64,000 bases of DNA from Vicinamibacteria bacterium. Lineage in GTDB: Bacteria > Acidobacteriota > Vicinamibacteria > Marinacidobacterales > Marinacidobacteraceae. The notes under the pieces were generated by a model. That model was not told the origin of the DNA. It ran no database searches and saw only the letters and a program-made list of their open reading frames with translations. The first letter of the stretch is position 1. Each line of letters begins with the position of its first letter. The stretch is from contig CAXXLQ010000004.1 in the NCBI GenBank assembly GCA_963668695.2, positions 2,912,001 to 2,976,000 on the forward strand, given 5' to 3'. Both the position numbers and the translations under genes were made by a program. Shown here piece by piece: positions 19,808 through 28,344 of this stretch.

Positions 19808-20935
19808 ATGCCCGACCGACTGCCAGTATCGCCGCCCTCAGATCCATCCGGCCCCCCGGTGGGACTCGCCCGGCTCCTGAAGCACCTCGTGAGTGTCGGC
19901 GGGAGCGATCTTCACCTCAGGCCCGGAGCCGTTCCTCGCCTGCGGATCGATGGTCGGCTCATCCAGGCCGAGGGGGAACCGCTTCCCGCAGGCATGGTGG
20001 AGTCGATGGTCGCCGCCGGAATCCCGGAGCGCCACCGCGCGCTGCTCGAGCAGGGTGGTGAGGCTGACTACTCCTTCACCCTGACCGGGGTCGCCCGCTT
20101 TCGCGGCAGTGTCTTTCGCTGCCGAGGGGCGCTTGCCGCGGTCTATCGGGTGGTTGCTGACGAAGTTCCATCGCTGGATGCGCTTGGGTTGCCGGCAAGC
20201 GCGGCGAAGCTCGCCGCCCTCGGCTCCGGTCTGGTCCTCACTTCCGGTCCGGTCGGGTCGGGGAAGTCCACCACCATGGCGGCCATCCTGGACCGGATCA
20301 ACCGCACGCGCGCGGTCCATATTGTCACCGTCGAGGATCCGGTGGAAGTCATCCACCAGAATCGACGCGCCCTGGTAACGCAGCGGCAGGTCGGAAGCGA
20401 CACCAACTCCTTTCACGCCGCTTTGAGGTCCGTTCTGCGCTCCGACCCGGACGTGGTGATGATTGGAGAGGTTCGCGATCGGGAGACGGTAGACGCGGCG
20501 CTCCGGGTGAGTGAAACCGGACACCTGGCGCTCGCCACGATTCACGCCCGGTCGGCGCTCCACGCGCTGACCAGCGTCGTGGAAATGTTCCCGGCGTCTC
20601 AACATCGCCAGGCCCGTATCCGGCTCTCCGCCTCGCTCGAGACGATCTACTGCCAGCGTCTTGTTCCACGCGCCGATGGACGCGGACGCGTGCTTGCCGT
20701 CGAGCAACTCGCGCCCACGGCTGCGGCGCGCAACCTGATCCGCGAGGACAAGCTGCACCAGCTCTTTGCCGTCATGGATGCGGGCGCGGGGCAGGGAGCG
20801 GTGGTCTCTCTCAACGAGGCGCTGGCTTCGTTGTGCCGCCGGGGCATCGTTACCCGGAGCGACGCCCTCGCCGCATCGAACGAACCGGTGAAATTGACCG
20901 CCGCGCTCCGGTCCGCAACCAACGACCGAGGTTAG
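19808..20935 (+). CDS. pilT: Type IV pilus retraction ATPase
   Basis: GSDLHL, Walker A GPVGSGKST, EDPVE, DPDVVMIGEVRD, ETGHL..ATIH and AARNLIRE. Confidence 0.93.
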   Translation: MPDRLPVSPPSDPSGPPVGLARLLKHLVSVGGSDLHLRPGAVPRLRIDGRLIQAEGEPLPAGMVESMVAAGIPERHRALLEQGGEADYSFTLTGVARFRGSVFRCRGALAAVYRVVADEVPSLDALGLPASAAKLAALGSGLVLTSGPVGSGKSTTMAAILDRINRTRAVHIVTVEDPVEVIHQNRRALVTQRQVGSDTNSFHAALRSVLRSDPDVVMIGEVRDRETVDAALRVSETGHLALATIHARSALHALTSVVEMFPASQHRQARIRLSASLETIYCQRLVPRADGRGRVLAVEQLAPTAAARNLIREDKLHQLFAVMDAGAGQGAVVSLNEALASLCRRGIVTRSDALAASNEPVKLTAALRSATNDRG

Positions 20936-21168
20936 CAGCCTGTGGCAAAACCCACGCGGCCCAGTTCTCCCGGTGGGGGCTCGACCGGCGATCCATCCCG
21001 GCTGAACCACTCCGCTTCGCTGCGTTCTGCGTTGCGTTTCGGTCGAAATACACCCGGTATTCCTCCCTCACGCGCCTTGTCAGCCGGGCCCCCACCGGGA
21101 GAACTGGCCCCACCGGGAGAACTGGGCCTCACCGGCCTCGGCGCTCACCCGGGTTTCACCACAGGCTG
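20936..21168 (+). mobile_element. MITE copy at the pilT stop codon (three 18-bp inserts)
   Basis: TTAG|CAGCCTGTGG...CCACAGGCTG|CCAG. Confidence 0.85.
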
Positions 21169-21172
21169 CCAG

Positions 21173-21309
21173 GAGCCGGTGGACAAGGTCGCGCGGTCCG
21201 GTTCTCCCGGCGGGGGCTCGAGCGGCGATGCATCCCGACGCAAACACCCCCCACCGGGAGAACCGGACCGCACCATTCTCGGCGCTCACGCCACGTTGTC
21301 CACAGAGTC
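21173..21309 (+). mobile_element. Degenerate, core-deleted MITE copy adjacent to the previous one
   Basis: GAGCCGGTGGACAA...GTTGTCCACAG with two variant 18-mers. Confidence 0.65.
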
Positions 21310-21342
21310 CGGGTACCGCATGCGGCCGTTGGAGAGACTTCG

Positions 21343-22455
21343 GTGATCTTCCGATCGGCAGGGCGCGCGAGAACGTCGTCCGGGGTCATTCGCGGGGTTT
21401 CGGGTTGGATTTCCCTGAAGTCCGTCAGCCGCAGGAAGATCGCGGTCACGGTGCGGCAACTGGGAGTCATGGTGGGCGCGGGGCTGCCACTTGCCGAGAG
21501 TCTGTCCGTCCTCCAGCATCAGGAGGAGAACCGGCGGCTGCGGACCACGGTGGAGATGATCGCCCGCGACGTCGAATCGGGTAGTTCGCTTGCCATGGCG
21601 ATGAGCCGCCATCCACGGATTTTCGGCCGGCTCGCGGTGGCTATGACTTCCATCGGAGAGGCAAGCGGGCGCCTTGATCAGAGCCTTCTTCGTCTGGCAA
21701 CGGAACTCGAAAAGGCAGCGGCAGTGACGCAGCATGTCCGTGGAGCGTTCGCCTATCCCCTGGTCGTGGGCGCCATCGGAGCGCTCGTGGTTTCGGTAAT
21801 CCTGTGGCGCGTGGTACCTGTCTTCAACGAGCTCTACGAGGGCCTCGATGCCGAGTTGCCTCTCCTGACCCGTATCGTGGTTGACGCATCCCGATCGTTC
21901 GGGTCGTGGGCGCTCGGAGCGTCGACTGCCGTCGTCGGCATTGCGTTGGGAGTCACCCGAATTCGGCGGACTGAGCGCGGAGGCGCCTTGTGCGACCGCC
22001 TCGCCCTTCGCATCCCGATGCTCGGAGGCCTGCTGCGGCGTGCGGGAATCTCGCGGTTTTGCCGAACCCTGTCGGTACTGACGGGGGCCGGGGTTCCGGT
22101 ACTGGAGGGACTGGACATCGCCCGCCGCGCCGTGGGAAACCGGCATCTCGAAGGAGCGATATCGAGCGTTCGTTCGAGAGTGGAGGCGGGAGCCTCCCTC
22201 GCGATCCCGCTTCGGCAGACCGGACTGTTCCCACCCATGGTGGTGCAGATGGTTGCGGTGGGGGAGCGTACCGGGGAACTCGAAATGTCGCTGGAAAAAG
22301 TTGCGGAGTTCTACGAGGAGGAGGTGCGGCGGACGACCGCAACCATCCTGCCTCTCATCGAGCCCCTGTTGATCCTCGTTCTGGGCCTGGTGGTCGGGGC
22401 GATCGTGATCGCGATGTATCTCCCGATCTGGACGCTCGTCGGCCGTTTGGGGTAA
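21343..22455 (+). CDS. pilC: Type IV pilus platform protein (GspF family)
   Basis: RQLGVMVGAGLPL, GEASGRL, AFAYP, FPPMVVQMVAVGERTGEL and IAMYLPIW; GTG at 21343 after GGAGAG. Confidence 0.92.
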   Translation: MIFRSAGRARTSSGVIRGVSGWISLKSVSRRKIAVTVRQLGVMVGAGLPLAESLSVLQHQEENRRLRTTVEMIARDVESGSSLAMAMSRHPRIFGRLAVAMTSIGEASGRLDQSLLRLATELEKAAAVTQHVRGAFAYPLVVGAIGALVVSVILWRVVPVFNELYEGLDAELPLLTRIVVDASRSFGSWALGASTAVVGIALGVTRIRRTERGGALCDRLALRIPMLGGLLRRAGISRFCRTLSVLTGAGVPVLEGLDIARRAVGNRHLEGAISSVRSRVEAGASLAIPLRQTGLFPPMVVQMVAVGERTGELEMSLEKVAEFYEEEVRRTTATILPLIEPLLILVLGLVVGAIVIAMYLPIWTLVGRLG

Positions 22456-22483
22456 CAACCGGTGGACAAAGTCGCACGGCGCG
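22456..22483 (+). mobile_element. Solo MITE left end at the pilC stop codon
   Basis: GTAA|CAACCGGTGGACAAAGTCGCACGGC. Confidence 0.6.
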
Positions 22484-22509
22484 GTTGCTGTGCAAATGCA
22501 GTAGCGCCC

Positions 22510-22537
22510 GGACGCCGACAGCCGGACGCCGACAGCC
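22510..22537. repeat. Perfect 14-bp tandem direct repeat upstream of pilA
   Basis: GGACGCCGACAGCC at 22510-22523 and 22524-22537. Confidence 0.7.
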
Positions 22538-22883
22538 TGGATGGCGCGCTGGCAAGGGAACGCCGACCTCTGGCCTCCATCGCGCGGGAGCGCGAAACGA
22601 GCGCCGATGACGTTGCGCCATGCCAAGGTGAGGGCCGCGTCTTTTTGCCGCGTCTTTTTCATGACGGGCGAGGGTGTGCAGGAGGACCCGATCATGGGGG
22701 TTTCTTCCGGTCGGGCCTCGGCGTCCATCCTCTCGGCTACCGGCGGCCGGGGGCAACCACGAAATCCTGCGCTGTCTCTCAGCCTCGCCGTCCCGCCTGG
22801 ACGGGTGCGAGTGGGGCGCCGTTCGCCTGCGGCCTCGTCTCCGCCGGCGCGATCCACGAATCGTCCAAGGAGGACGTATCCTT

Positions 22884-23534
22884 ATGAAACACACCGACTC
22901 CGTCTTTCCGGTCCGGGACTTCCACATGAAAGAGCCACATTCGGGGCCCATCGTCCAGGGGACGAAGAGGCTCGAGGCGTGCTCCCGCCATTCGCCTCCG
23001 TCTGCCGGCTTCACTCTTATCGAATTGCTGATCGTCATTGCGATCATCGGGGTGATTGCCGGAATTGCCATTCCGCAGTTGTTGCGCGCGCGTTTGTCCG
23101 CGAACGAGGCGCAGGCGATCGGAGACTCGCGGGCGGTAATTGCGGCGCAGCAGACCTATGCGGCCTCCAACTGCGGATTCTTCGCCGACCTTACAAACCT
23201 CTGCCGTAACGGCGCCGATTGCGGCGGGGCGATCGGAATTCCCGACTATCCGGACGCCGCCCCGGAATTCGTTGGTGGGGATCTGGGGCGGACGAGTCCG
23301 TACGTGAAAGGTGGATACACCCGGACGCTGACTCCAAACGGGACACCGACTTCCATCCCGGATCACTGTGACCCCGACAGCCTGCTCGACTACTGCTACC
23401 ACGCGGAGCCCGCCGACGTCGGACGCACCGGGGTCCGGTCCTTCTCGGCGACGAGTTCCGGAGCGATTTACAACGATCCGTCCGGAACGGCGATCGCATG
23501 CCCCGTTCCCGCCGCAACCGCGTTCCTCGAATGA
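22884..23534 (+). CDS. pilA: Probable major type IV pilin with a long leader
   Basis: G|FTLIELLIVIAIIGVIAGIAIP, ARLSANEAQA and ..RTGVRSF..; strong RBS AAGGAGG before ATG 22884. Confidence 0.85.
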   Translation: MKHTDSVFPVRDFHMKEPHSGPIVQGTKRLEACSRHSPPSAGFTLIELLIVIAIIGVIAGIAIPQLLRARLSANEAQAIGDSRAVIAAQQTYAASNCGFFADLTNLCRNGADCGGAIGIPDYPDAAPEFVGGDLGRTSPYVKGGYTRTLTPNGTPTSIPDHCDPDSLLDYCYHAEPADVGRTGVRSFSATSSGAIYNDPSGTAIACPVPAATAFLE

Positions 23535-23545
23535 GTCGGGGCGAG

Positions 23546-23622
23546 CAGCCGGTGGACAAAGTCGCGCGGCCCAGTTCTCCCGGTGGGGCCCTTGGCGCTC
23601 ACGCCTCTCGGTCCACGGACTG
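23546..23622 (+). mobile_element. Minimal 77-bp MITE (two ends plus one 18-mer)
   Basis: CAGCCGGTGGACAAAGTCGCGCGGC[18-mer]...GTCCACGGACTG|CTAG. Confidence 0.75.
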
Positions 23623-23627
23623 CTAGC

Positions 23628-24397
23628 TTGGAGATTCGAGCCCGTTCGCTGACCTGTTCCTATCCGGCCCCAGGGCGTTTCGGATTGTCGCTTCGGCGGT
23701 GGGCTGCCGTCCGGGATCTGAGTTTGGTGGTGGCGCCAGGAGAGGTGGTGGCGCTTTGTGGGAAGAACGGATCGGGGAAGTCCACGACGCTGCGACTCCT
23801 CGCGGGACTCCTGATTCCCGACGCGGGCGAAGCGCTTCTCGGTGGAATCCCGGCGGCCAGGAGCGACGCCCGTCGCCGCTTGGGCTACGTTGCTGAAGAA
23901 GATGAATTCCCGCCAAGTCTGCGGGTGTGGGAGATTCTGCGCTACGCCGCGGTGCTCGCCGGACATAGCGGCGCGCGGGCGCGCCGCGAAGCCGAAGTCG
24001 CCGCGGAGGCGGCCGAACTGGGCGGTTGGACTTCCCCGGGATGCGTTGCTCGCGCGGGGTCCGGCGTCTGGTTTCGCTCGCGCAGGCGCTTGTCGGCCAG
24101 CCTCTGGCGCTCGTGCTCGACGAGCCGTTCACCGGTCTCGATCCGGAGGCGCGGGCCCGGTCCATCGCGGCCGTCCGCCGAGCGGCTGGACGGGGAGCCG
24201 CCGTGATCCTGAGCCTCCACGAGGCTGCCGCCATCGAGTCCCTGGCGGACCGACTGATCGTGCTTGCGGCCGGTAGCGTCGCGTCCTGCGGACCGCCCGG
24301 GGACTTCATCGGAAATGGGTGCGGTTCCACTGCTGCTCCCGGTGGTGGCGGCGACTGGCTTCTCGCCGCGTTGGGCGGCGAGAAGCAGATTTCCTGA
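23628..24397 (+). pseudogene. ABC transporter ATPase (PilH-like), frameshifted
   Basis: Walker A GKNGSGKST in frame 23583-24206; Walker B VLDEPFTGLD and H-loop SLH in frame 24026-24397; shift near 24026-24035. Confidence 0.75.
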
Positions 24398-24400
24398 CTG

Positions 24401-25183
24401 GTGATGTCCGTCGTCCGCCTGGCGGCGACCGCGGTCGTGGCCCTGCGCGGTTTTGTCTCCGAGCGGAGCCTGGTGGCCAGTTTGGCTTTGGTAGTGGTGT
24501 CGCTCGGCATCGGGGTAGCTCTCGCCGATGCGTCGCTTGGTCACGAGGGACGGTTCGAGGCCGACATCGCCTGGGCTTCGGCGGAAGCACTGGGTTGGTT
24601 CCTGGCTCTTACCCAGGGAGCCGGACTTGCCGGCTACCGGGGTGTGCTCGGTGCCTTCGCCCTCGCCAGGCCTGTCCCCGCGAATCTCCTGCTGGCGGGA
24701 CGGTTTCTCGGCCTGGCGGCGGGTCTCTTCCTCTATGCGGCGGCGGTGAGTGTGATCCTGCTCGCGTGGCTGTCCGGCTGGTCGGGAACTGCATCGGTCC
24801 CGGTGCTCGGGTTGGGTTGGTTGTTGTGGTTACGGCTGCTCGTGGTCCTCGCCGTCGCCACGTTCCTGCTGGCGCTTGCACGGCCTTCGGTTGCGGCGCC
24901 CCTGGCGGCCGCGTCTTGCGTCGCGGGCTGGTTCTTCGGGAGTGTCTCGCCGGCTCCGAGCCCCCTCGCTCTGAGACCGTTGTCGGTGTTCGCGACCTTC
25001 GTTCTTCCGGACTTTCCGGTCCTTGACGCTCCGCTCGGAGGCTTGCCGGATGCGCTTGCCGCGGTATCGGTGCTGCTTGCCGGACCTACGCTCTACGCAG
25101 CGCTCTACGCGGCCGCGATGGTTGCAGCAGCGATCGCCATTTTCCCGCGGCGCGCGCGCCGGTTGTTGGCGAGAGTTCCCTGA
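24401..25183 (+). CDS. ABC transporter permease (PilI-like)
   Basis: About 6 TM segments; LARPV...LLAGRFLG and VLPDF; follows pilA and the ATPase. Confidence 0.7.
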   Translation: MMSVVRLAATAVVALRGFVSERSLVASLALVVVSLGIGVALADASLGHEGRFEADIAWASAEALGWFLALTQGAGLAGYRGVLGAFALARPVPANLLLAGRFLGLAAGLFLYAAAVSVILLAWLSGWSGTASVPVLGLGWLLWLRLLVVLAVATFLLALARPSVAAPLAAASCVAGWFFGSVSPAPSPLALRPLSVFATFVLPDFPVLDAPLGGLPDALAAVSVLLAGPTLYAALYAAAMVAAAIAIFPRRARRLLARVP

Positions 25184-25190
25184 ACATCGG

Positions 25191-26090
25191 ATGCGTCTCC
25201 GTCCCAAGGTTGCTTTCCTCCGGCGCTACGCGGGACGCATCGCTGGCGTCGGGCTGTCGATCGCGTGCCTCGGGGCATCCGAATTCGTGTCGCCGGCGGT
25301 GCAGTCTGCGTCCGGGTCGGCCCGTTGGTGGTCGGGCGCTCACCTCAGCGATGATGGGATCGCCGTCCTCCCGACGGCGATCCGGCGAGTGCTGGCCGAC
25401 ACCTCGTGGCTGCTCGCGATCCAGCACTATGGAAGCCGGAGACTTGAAGGCTCCTCCCATTTCCCGAGCCTCGGCGCACTCATCGACCGGACGCTGCGCC
25501 TGGATCCGGGATTTCGTCCCGCGGCGGTGGTGGGGGCCTTACTCCTGGGGGAGTCCCCGCCATTTGGCGCCGGCGAGCCGCAGCGCGCCGATCGGATCCT
25601 TGCGGAATGGCTGGCTCGGCACCCAGGGGATTTCGATGCGGTGCTGGTTCGGGGACTACTGCATTCCTGGTATCTGAGAGACCTGGACGCGGCCGCCCGC
25701 ATCCTCGAAGCTGCGAGCGCGCGGGACGGCGCCCCCCCGTGGTTCACGGCCCTCACCGCCCGATCCCTGACCGAGACGGGAGATCGCGAAACGGCGCGCA
25801 GGCTGTGGCGCGCCTTGTTGGAGAGAGCAGACGACGGTCGCACGAGGTCCAACGCTTCGACGCATCTGCTGCAGCTGGACGCTTTGGACCAGCGTGATCG
25901 ACTCGTCGCGGCGGTAGGGGAGTACGAGCGCCGCTCGGGACGAAGCCCGGTTGACTGGAACCAGTTGATCGCGAAGGGATTGTTGCCGGGCCGGCCGGTG
26001 GACCCGGCAGGCGCTCCCTTCGTTCTGGACCGCGACGGAATGCCCCGAATAGCCCGTACCTCTCCGCTGGCCGGTTTCCCCGGCCGCTGA
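25191..26090 (+). CDS. TPR-like pilus accessory protein (PilG-like)
   Basis: LADTSWLLAIQHYG, TLRLDPGF, helical repeats, C-terminal PVDPAGAPF. Confidence 0.65.
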   Translation: MRLRPKVAFLRRYAGRIAGVGLSIACLGASEFVSPAVQSASGSARWWSGAHLSDDGIAVLPTAIRRVLADTSWLLAIQHYGSRRLEGSSHFPSLGALIDRTLRLDPGFRPAAVVGALLLGESPPFGAGEPQRADRILAEWLARHPGDFDAVLVRGLLHSWYLRDLDAAARILEAASARDGAPPWFTALTARSLTETGDRETARRLWRALLERADDGRTRSNASTHLLQLDALDQRDRLVAAVGEYERRSGRSPVDWNQLIAKGLLPGRPVDPAGAPFVLDRDGMPRIARTSPLAGFPGR

Positions 26091-26093
26091 CCG

Positions 26094-26858
26094 GTGGCAG
26101 GACCTGAAGCCGGTTTTCCCGGCGCCTTCAGCCTTGTGTTGCTGTTCGTCATGGGACTCATCCTCGGGAGTTTCTTCAACGTGGTGATCCACCGCCTCCC
26201 CATTGGGGAGTCCCTGCTGTTTCCCGGATCGAGGTGCCCTTCGTGCACCGCGCCGATTCGGGTCCGGGACAACCTGCCGGTGATCTCCTGGCTCTGGCTG
26301 CGCGGCCGGTGCCGGGATTGCCGGATCCCGATCTCCATCCGGTACCCGGTGGTCGAACTCCTGACCGGGCTCCTGGTCGTCTTCGCCCTGGGAACGGGCG
26401 ACCCGGCGATGGCCGCGTCCCGGTTCGTTTTCGGGAGTTTGCTGCTCATCCTGGCGCTGACCGATTGGGAGCGCATGGTGCTGCCGGACATTCTCACCCT
26501 TCCCGGTGCTGCGCTCGGCCTGCTGCTCGCGGGACCCCGGGCCGACCTGGACCTCGTGACCTCCTGCATCGGGGCCGCCCTAGGCGGTGGGCTGCTCTTC
26601 TTGTTGCGCGCTCTCTGGTTGAGGTTTCGGGGCGTTGAAGCGGTTGGCCTCGGGGACGTCAAGTTTCTCCTGATGATCGGGACGTTTCTGGGCCCGGTCC
26701 CGACGCTGGGCGCGATCGCCCTCGCGGCGGCAACCGGCGTGGCGGCGGCGGGGCCGCTTCTGCTGCTCGGGAAGATCCGGCGCGACACCCCACTTCCGTT
26801 CGGCACGCTCCTGGCTCTTGGTGCGGCCGTAGCCTTCGGCGTCTCGACCGGCGGCTGA
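26094..26858 (+). CDS. pilD: Prepilin peptidase
   Basis: GSFFNVVIHRLP, CPSC/CRDC zinc pairs, ISIRYPVVE, GLGDVK and PFGTLL. Confidence 0.95.
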   Translation: MAGPEAGFPGAFSLVLLFVMGLILGSFFNVVIHRLPIGESLLFPGSRCPSCTAPIRVRDNLPVISWLWLRGRCRDCRIPISIRYPVVELLTGLLVVFALGTGDPAMAASRFVFGSLLLILALTDWERMVLPDILTLPGAALGLLLAGPRADLDLVTSCIGAALGGGLLFLLRALWLRFRGVEAVGLGDVKFLLMIGTFLGPVPTLGAIALAAATGVAAAGPLLLLGKIRRDTPLPFGTLLALGAAVAFGVSTGG

Positions 26859-26924
26859 CGCCCGGCCCGGCACGAGCCGCCGGCGGGAAGGGAAGCCGGA
26901 CGGGCTCCGTCAGGGTTCTTCGGC

Positions 26925-26985
26925 CTTCGCTTCGACTTTTCCACATTCGGCCCTTTCGCGGGAAAAAAGCGAAGCGATTCCCGTC
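26925..26985 (+). promoter_or_regulatory. Conserved upstream box plus ECF-sigma-like promoter of the minor pilin operon
   Basis: CTTCGCTTCGACTTTTCCACA (26925-26945), then GGAAA-N16-CGTC (26961-26985). Confidence 0.45.
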
Positions 26986-27008
26986 CTTTCTCTTCATAGG
27001 GAAGAGAC

Positions 27009-27518
27009 ATGGGCAGACCCGATGAACCTCGCCGGACCGTTTGCCGGGCAGGCGAGGAGGGCTTTTCCCTCGTCGAGACGCTGTTTGCCGTCCTCCTCCT
27101 CGTTGTCGCGGGCGGCGGACTCGTCCGGGCGCTCGCCCAGCTGTCCCTGGCCCGGCAGACCGCCGCCTACAGCGGCCTCGCGACCCGGATCGCCCGGGGC
27201 AAGATGGAAGAATTCCGCGCAGCGCCCTTTTCACGCGGGTGGCCGTGGTCCGGATATCACCCGGCCGTTGCTCCGGGCGGGAGCGTCGGGATCGGCGGCG
27301 GGGGCTCTCCGGGGTATTCCGAATACTTCGGCGAGGACGGTCAACCGAGCGATCAGCACTCCGCACTCTATGAGGTGCGGTGGAGGATCGGGGAGTTGAC
27401 CCCGCCGGGCCAGGGCCAACTCGCCAGTCTCCGCTTCGAAGTGGTGGCAATGCCGGCCTCCGGCGGGCGCGGTCCGGTTGTTCGGTTGGAATCTGTTCGG
27501 GTGGCAAACCGTGAATAG
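27009..27518 (+). CDS. Minor pilin (PilV-like)
   Basis: EEG|FSLVETLFAVLLL prepilin cleavage motif; ATRIARGKMEE. Confidence 0.78.
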   Translation: MGRPDEPRRTVCRAGEEGFSLVETLFAVLLLVVAGGGLVRALAQLSLARQTAAYSGLATRIARGKMEEFRAAPFSRGWPWSGYHPAVAPGGSVGIGGGGSPGYSEYFGEDGQPSDQHSALYEVRWRIGELTPPGQGQLASLRFEVVAMPASGGRGPVVRLESVRVANRE

Positions 27519-28308
27519 GCTCGGGCCCGAGAGGGGGGCGGCTCTGCCGCGCTCCGGTCAACGGGGCATGGCGCTGGTGATCGCGCTACTGCTTGTGCTC
27601 GCCCTGGCCGGCATCGGGGCGGTGGTGCTGGTATCCGTCGGATCCGACGGCGCGGTGGCGCGCAACGAAGCCTGGACGGAGGCTGCTGCGGCTCAGGCCG
27701 AAGCAGGGCTCGAGTTCGCCAAGGCGGTGCTGGCAGCGCACGTTGAGGAGCACGACAGCTTCGAAATGGCCCTGCCACCGGTCCGTGCCTCGATTCGGGC
27801 CCGGCAGGGGGACCGGTGGGGTGTGGCGCTCCCGCTCGACAGCGCCGCCTGTGACGCTCCGGAGGTTGCTGGTTGCCGCGACTATGAGGTCTTCCGGGAT
27901 GGGCCGATGGCCGGAGCGGACGCGCGCGTCTATGTAGGCCGGGTCTTGCGGGATGTTCGGGGTCGGGCGCTTCAGTTTGATCCGCGAGCCCCGAATGCCG
28001 GTTGGGCTCCGGATCTGGACGGCGACGGGGCACCGGATCTCGCCGGGGTCACGGTCTGGATCCGCCGTCCCGTGGTGGGCGCCTCCGATGCCGGCGCCCC
28101 GCACGACCGGGCGGTGCTCACGGCCGAAGCGCGTCATCCGCCGCCGCAGAGCCCGGAGGAGCCACACGCCGTGAGTCGACTGGAACTGACCGTGCGGCTC
28201 GCCCGGCGCCCGGAGCGGCAAGAAGCCGGAGACGGCGACTACAGCGACGGATTGACGAACTGGGCCAGTCGACAGATTCCGGCACGCGGTGGCGCAACGT
28301 CTCGCTGA
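27511..28308 (+). CDS. Minor pilin (PilX-like)
   Basis: QRG|MALVIALLLVLAL without Glu5; AEAGLEFA. Confidence 0.78.
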   Translation: MNRLGPERGAALPRSGQRGMALVIALLLVLALAGIGAVVLVSVGSDGAVARNEAWTEAAAAQAEAGLEFAKAVLAAHVEEHDSFEMALPPVRASIRARQGDRWGVALPLDSAACDAPEVAGCRDYEVFRDGPMAGADARVYVGRVLRDVRGRALQFDPRAPNAGWAPDLDGDGAPDLAGVTVWIRRPVVGASDAGAPHDRAVLTAEARHPPPQSPEEPHAVSRLELTVRLARRPERQEAGDGDYSDGLTNWASRQIPARGGATSR

Positions 28309-28344
28309 CCAGGAGTCGGGAATGTTCTCGAAAGGAGGAGATCC

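Noticed and set aside
20833-21342. Long N-terminal extension of PilC
   Set aside because: It is translated MITE sequence; an RBS-supported GTG lies at 21343
22540-22565. sigma54 promoter for pilA (TGGCAAGGGAACGC)
   Set aside because: The GG-to-GC spacing is one base short of the -24/-12 rule
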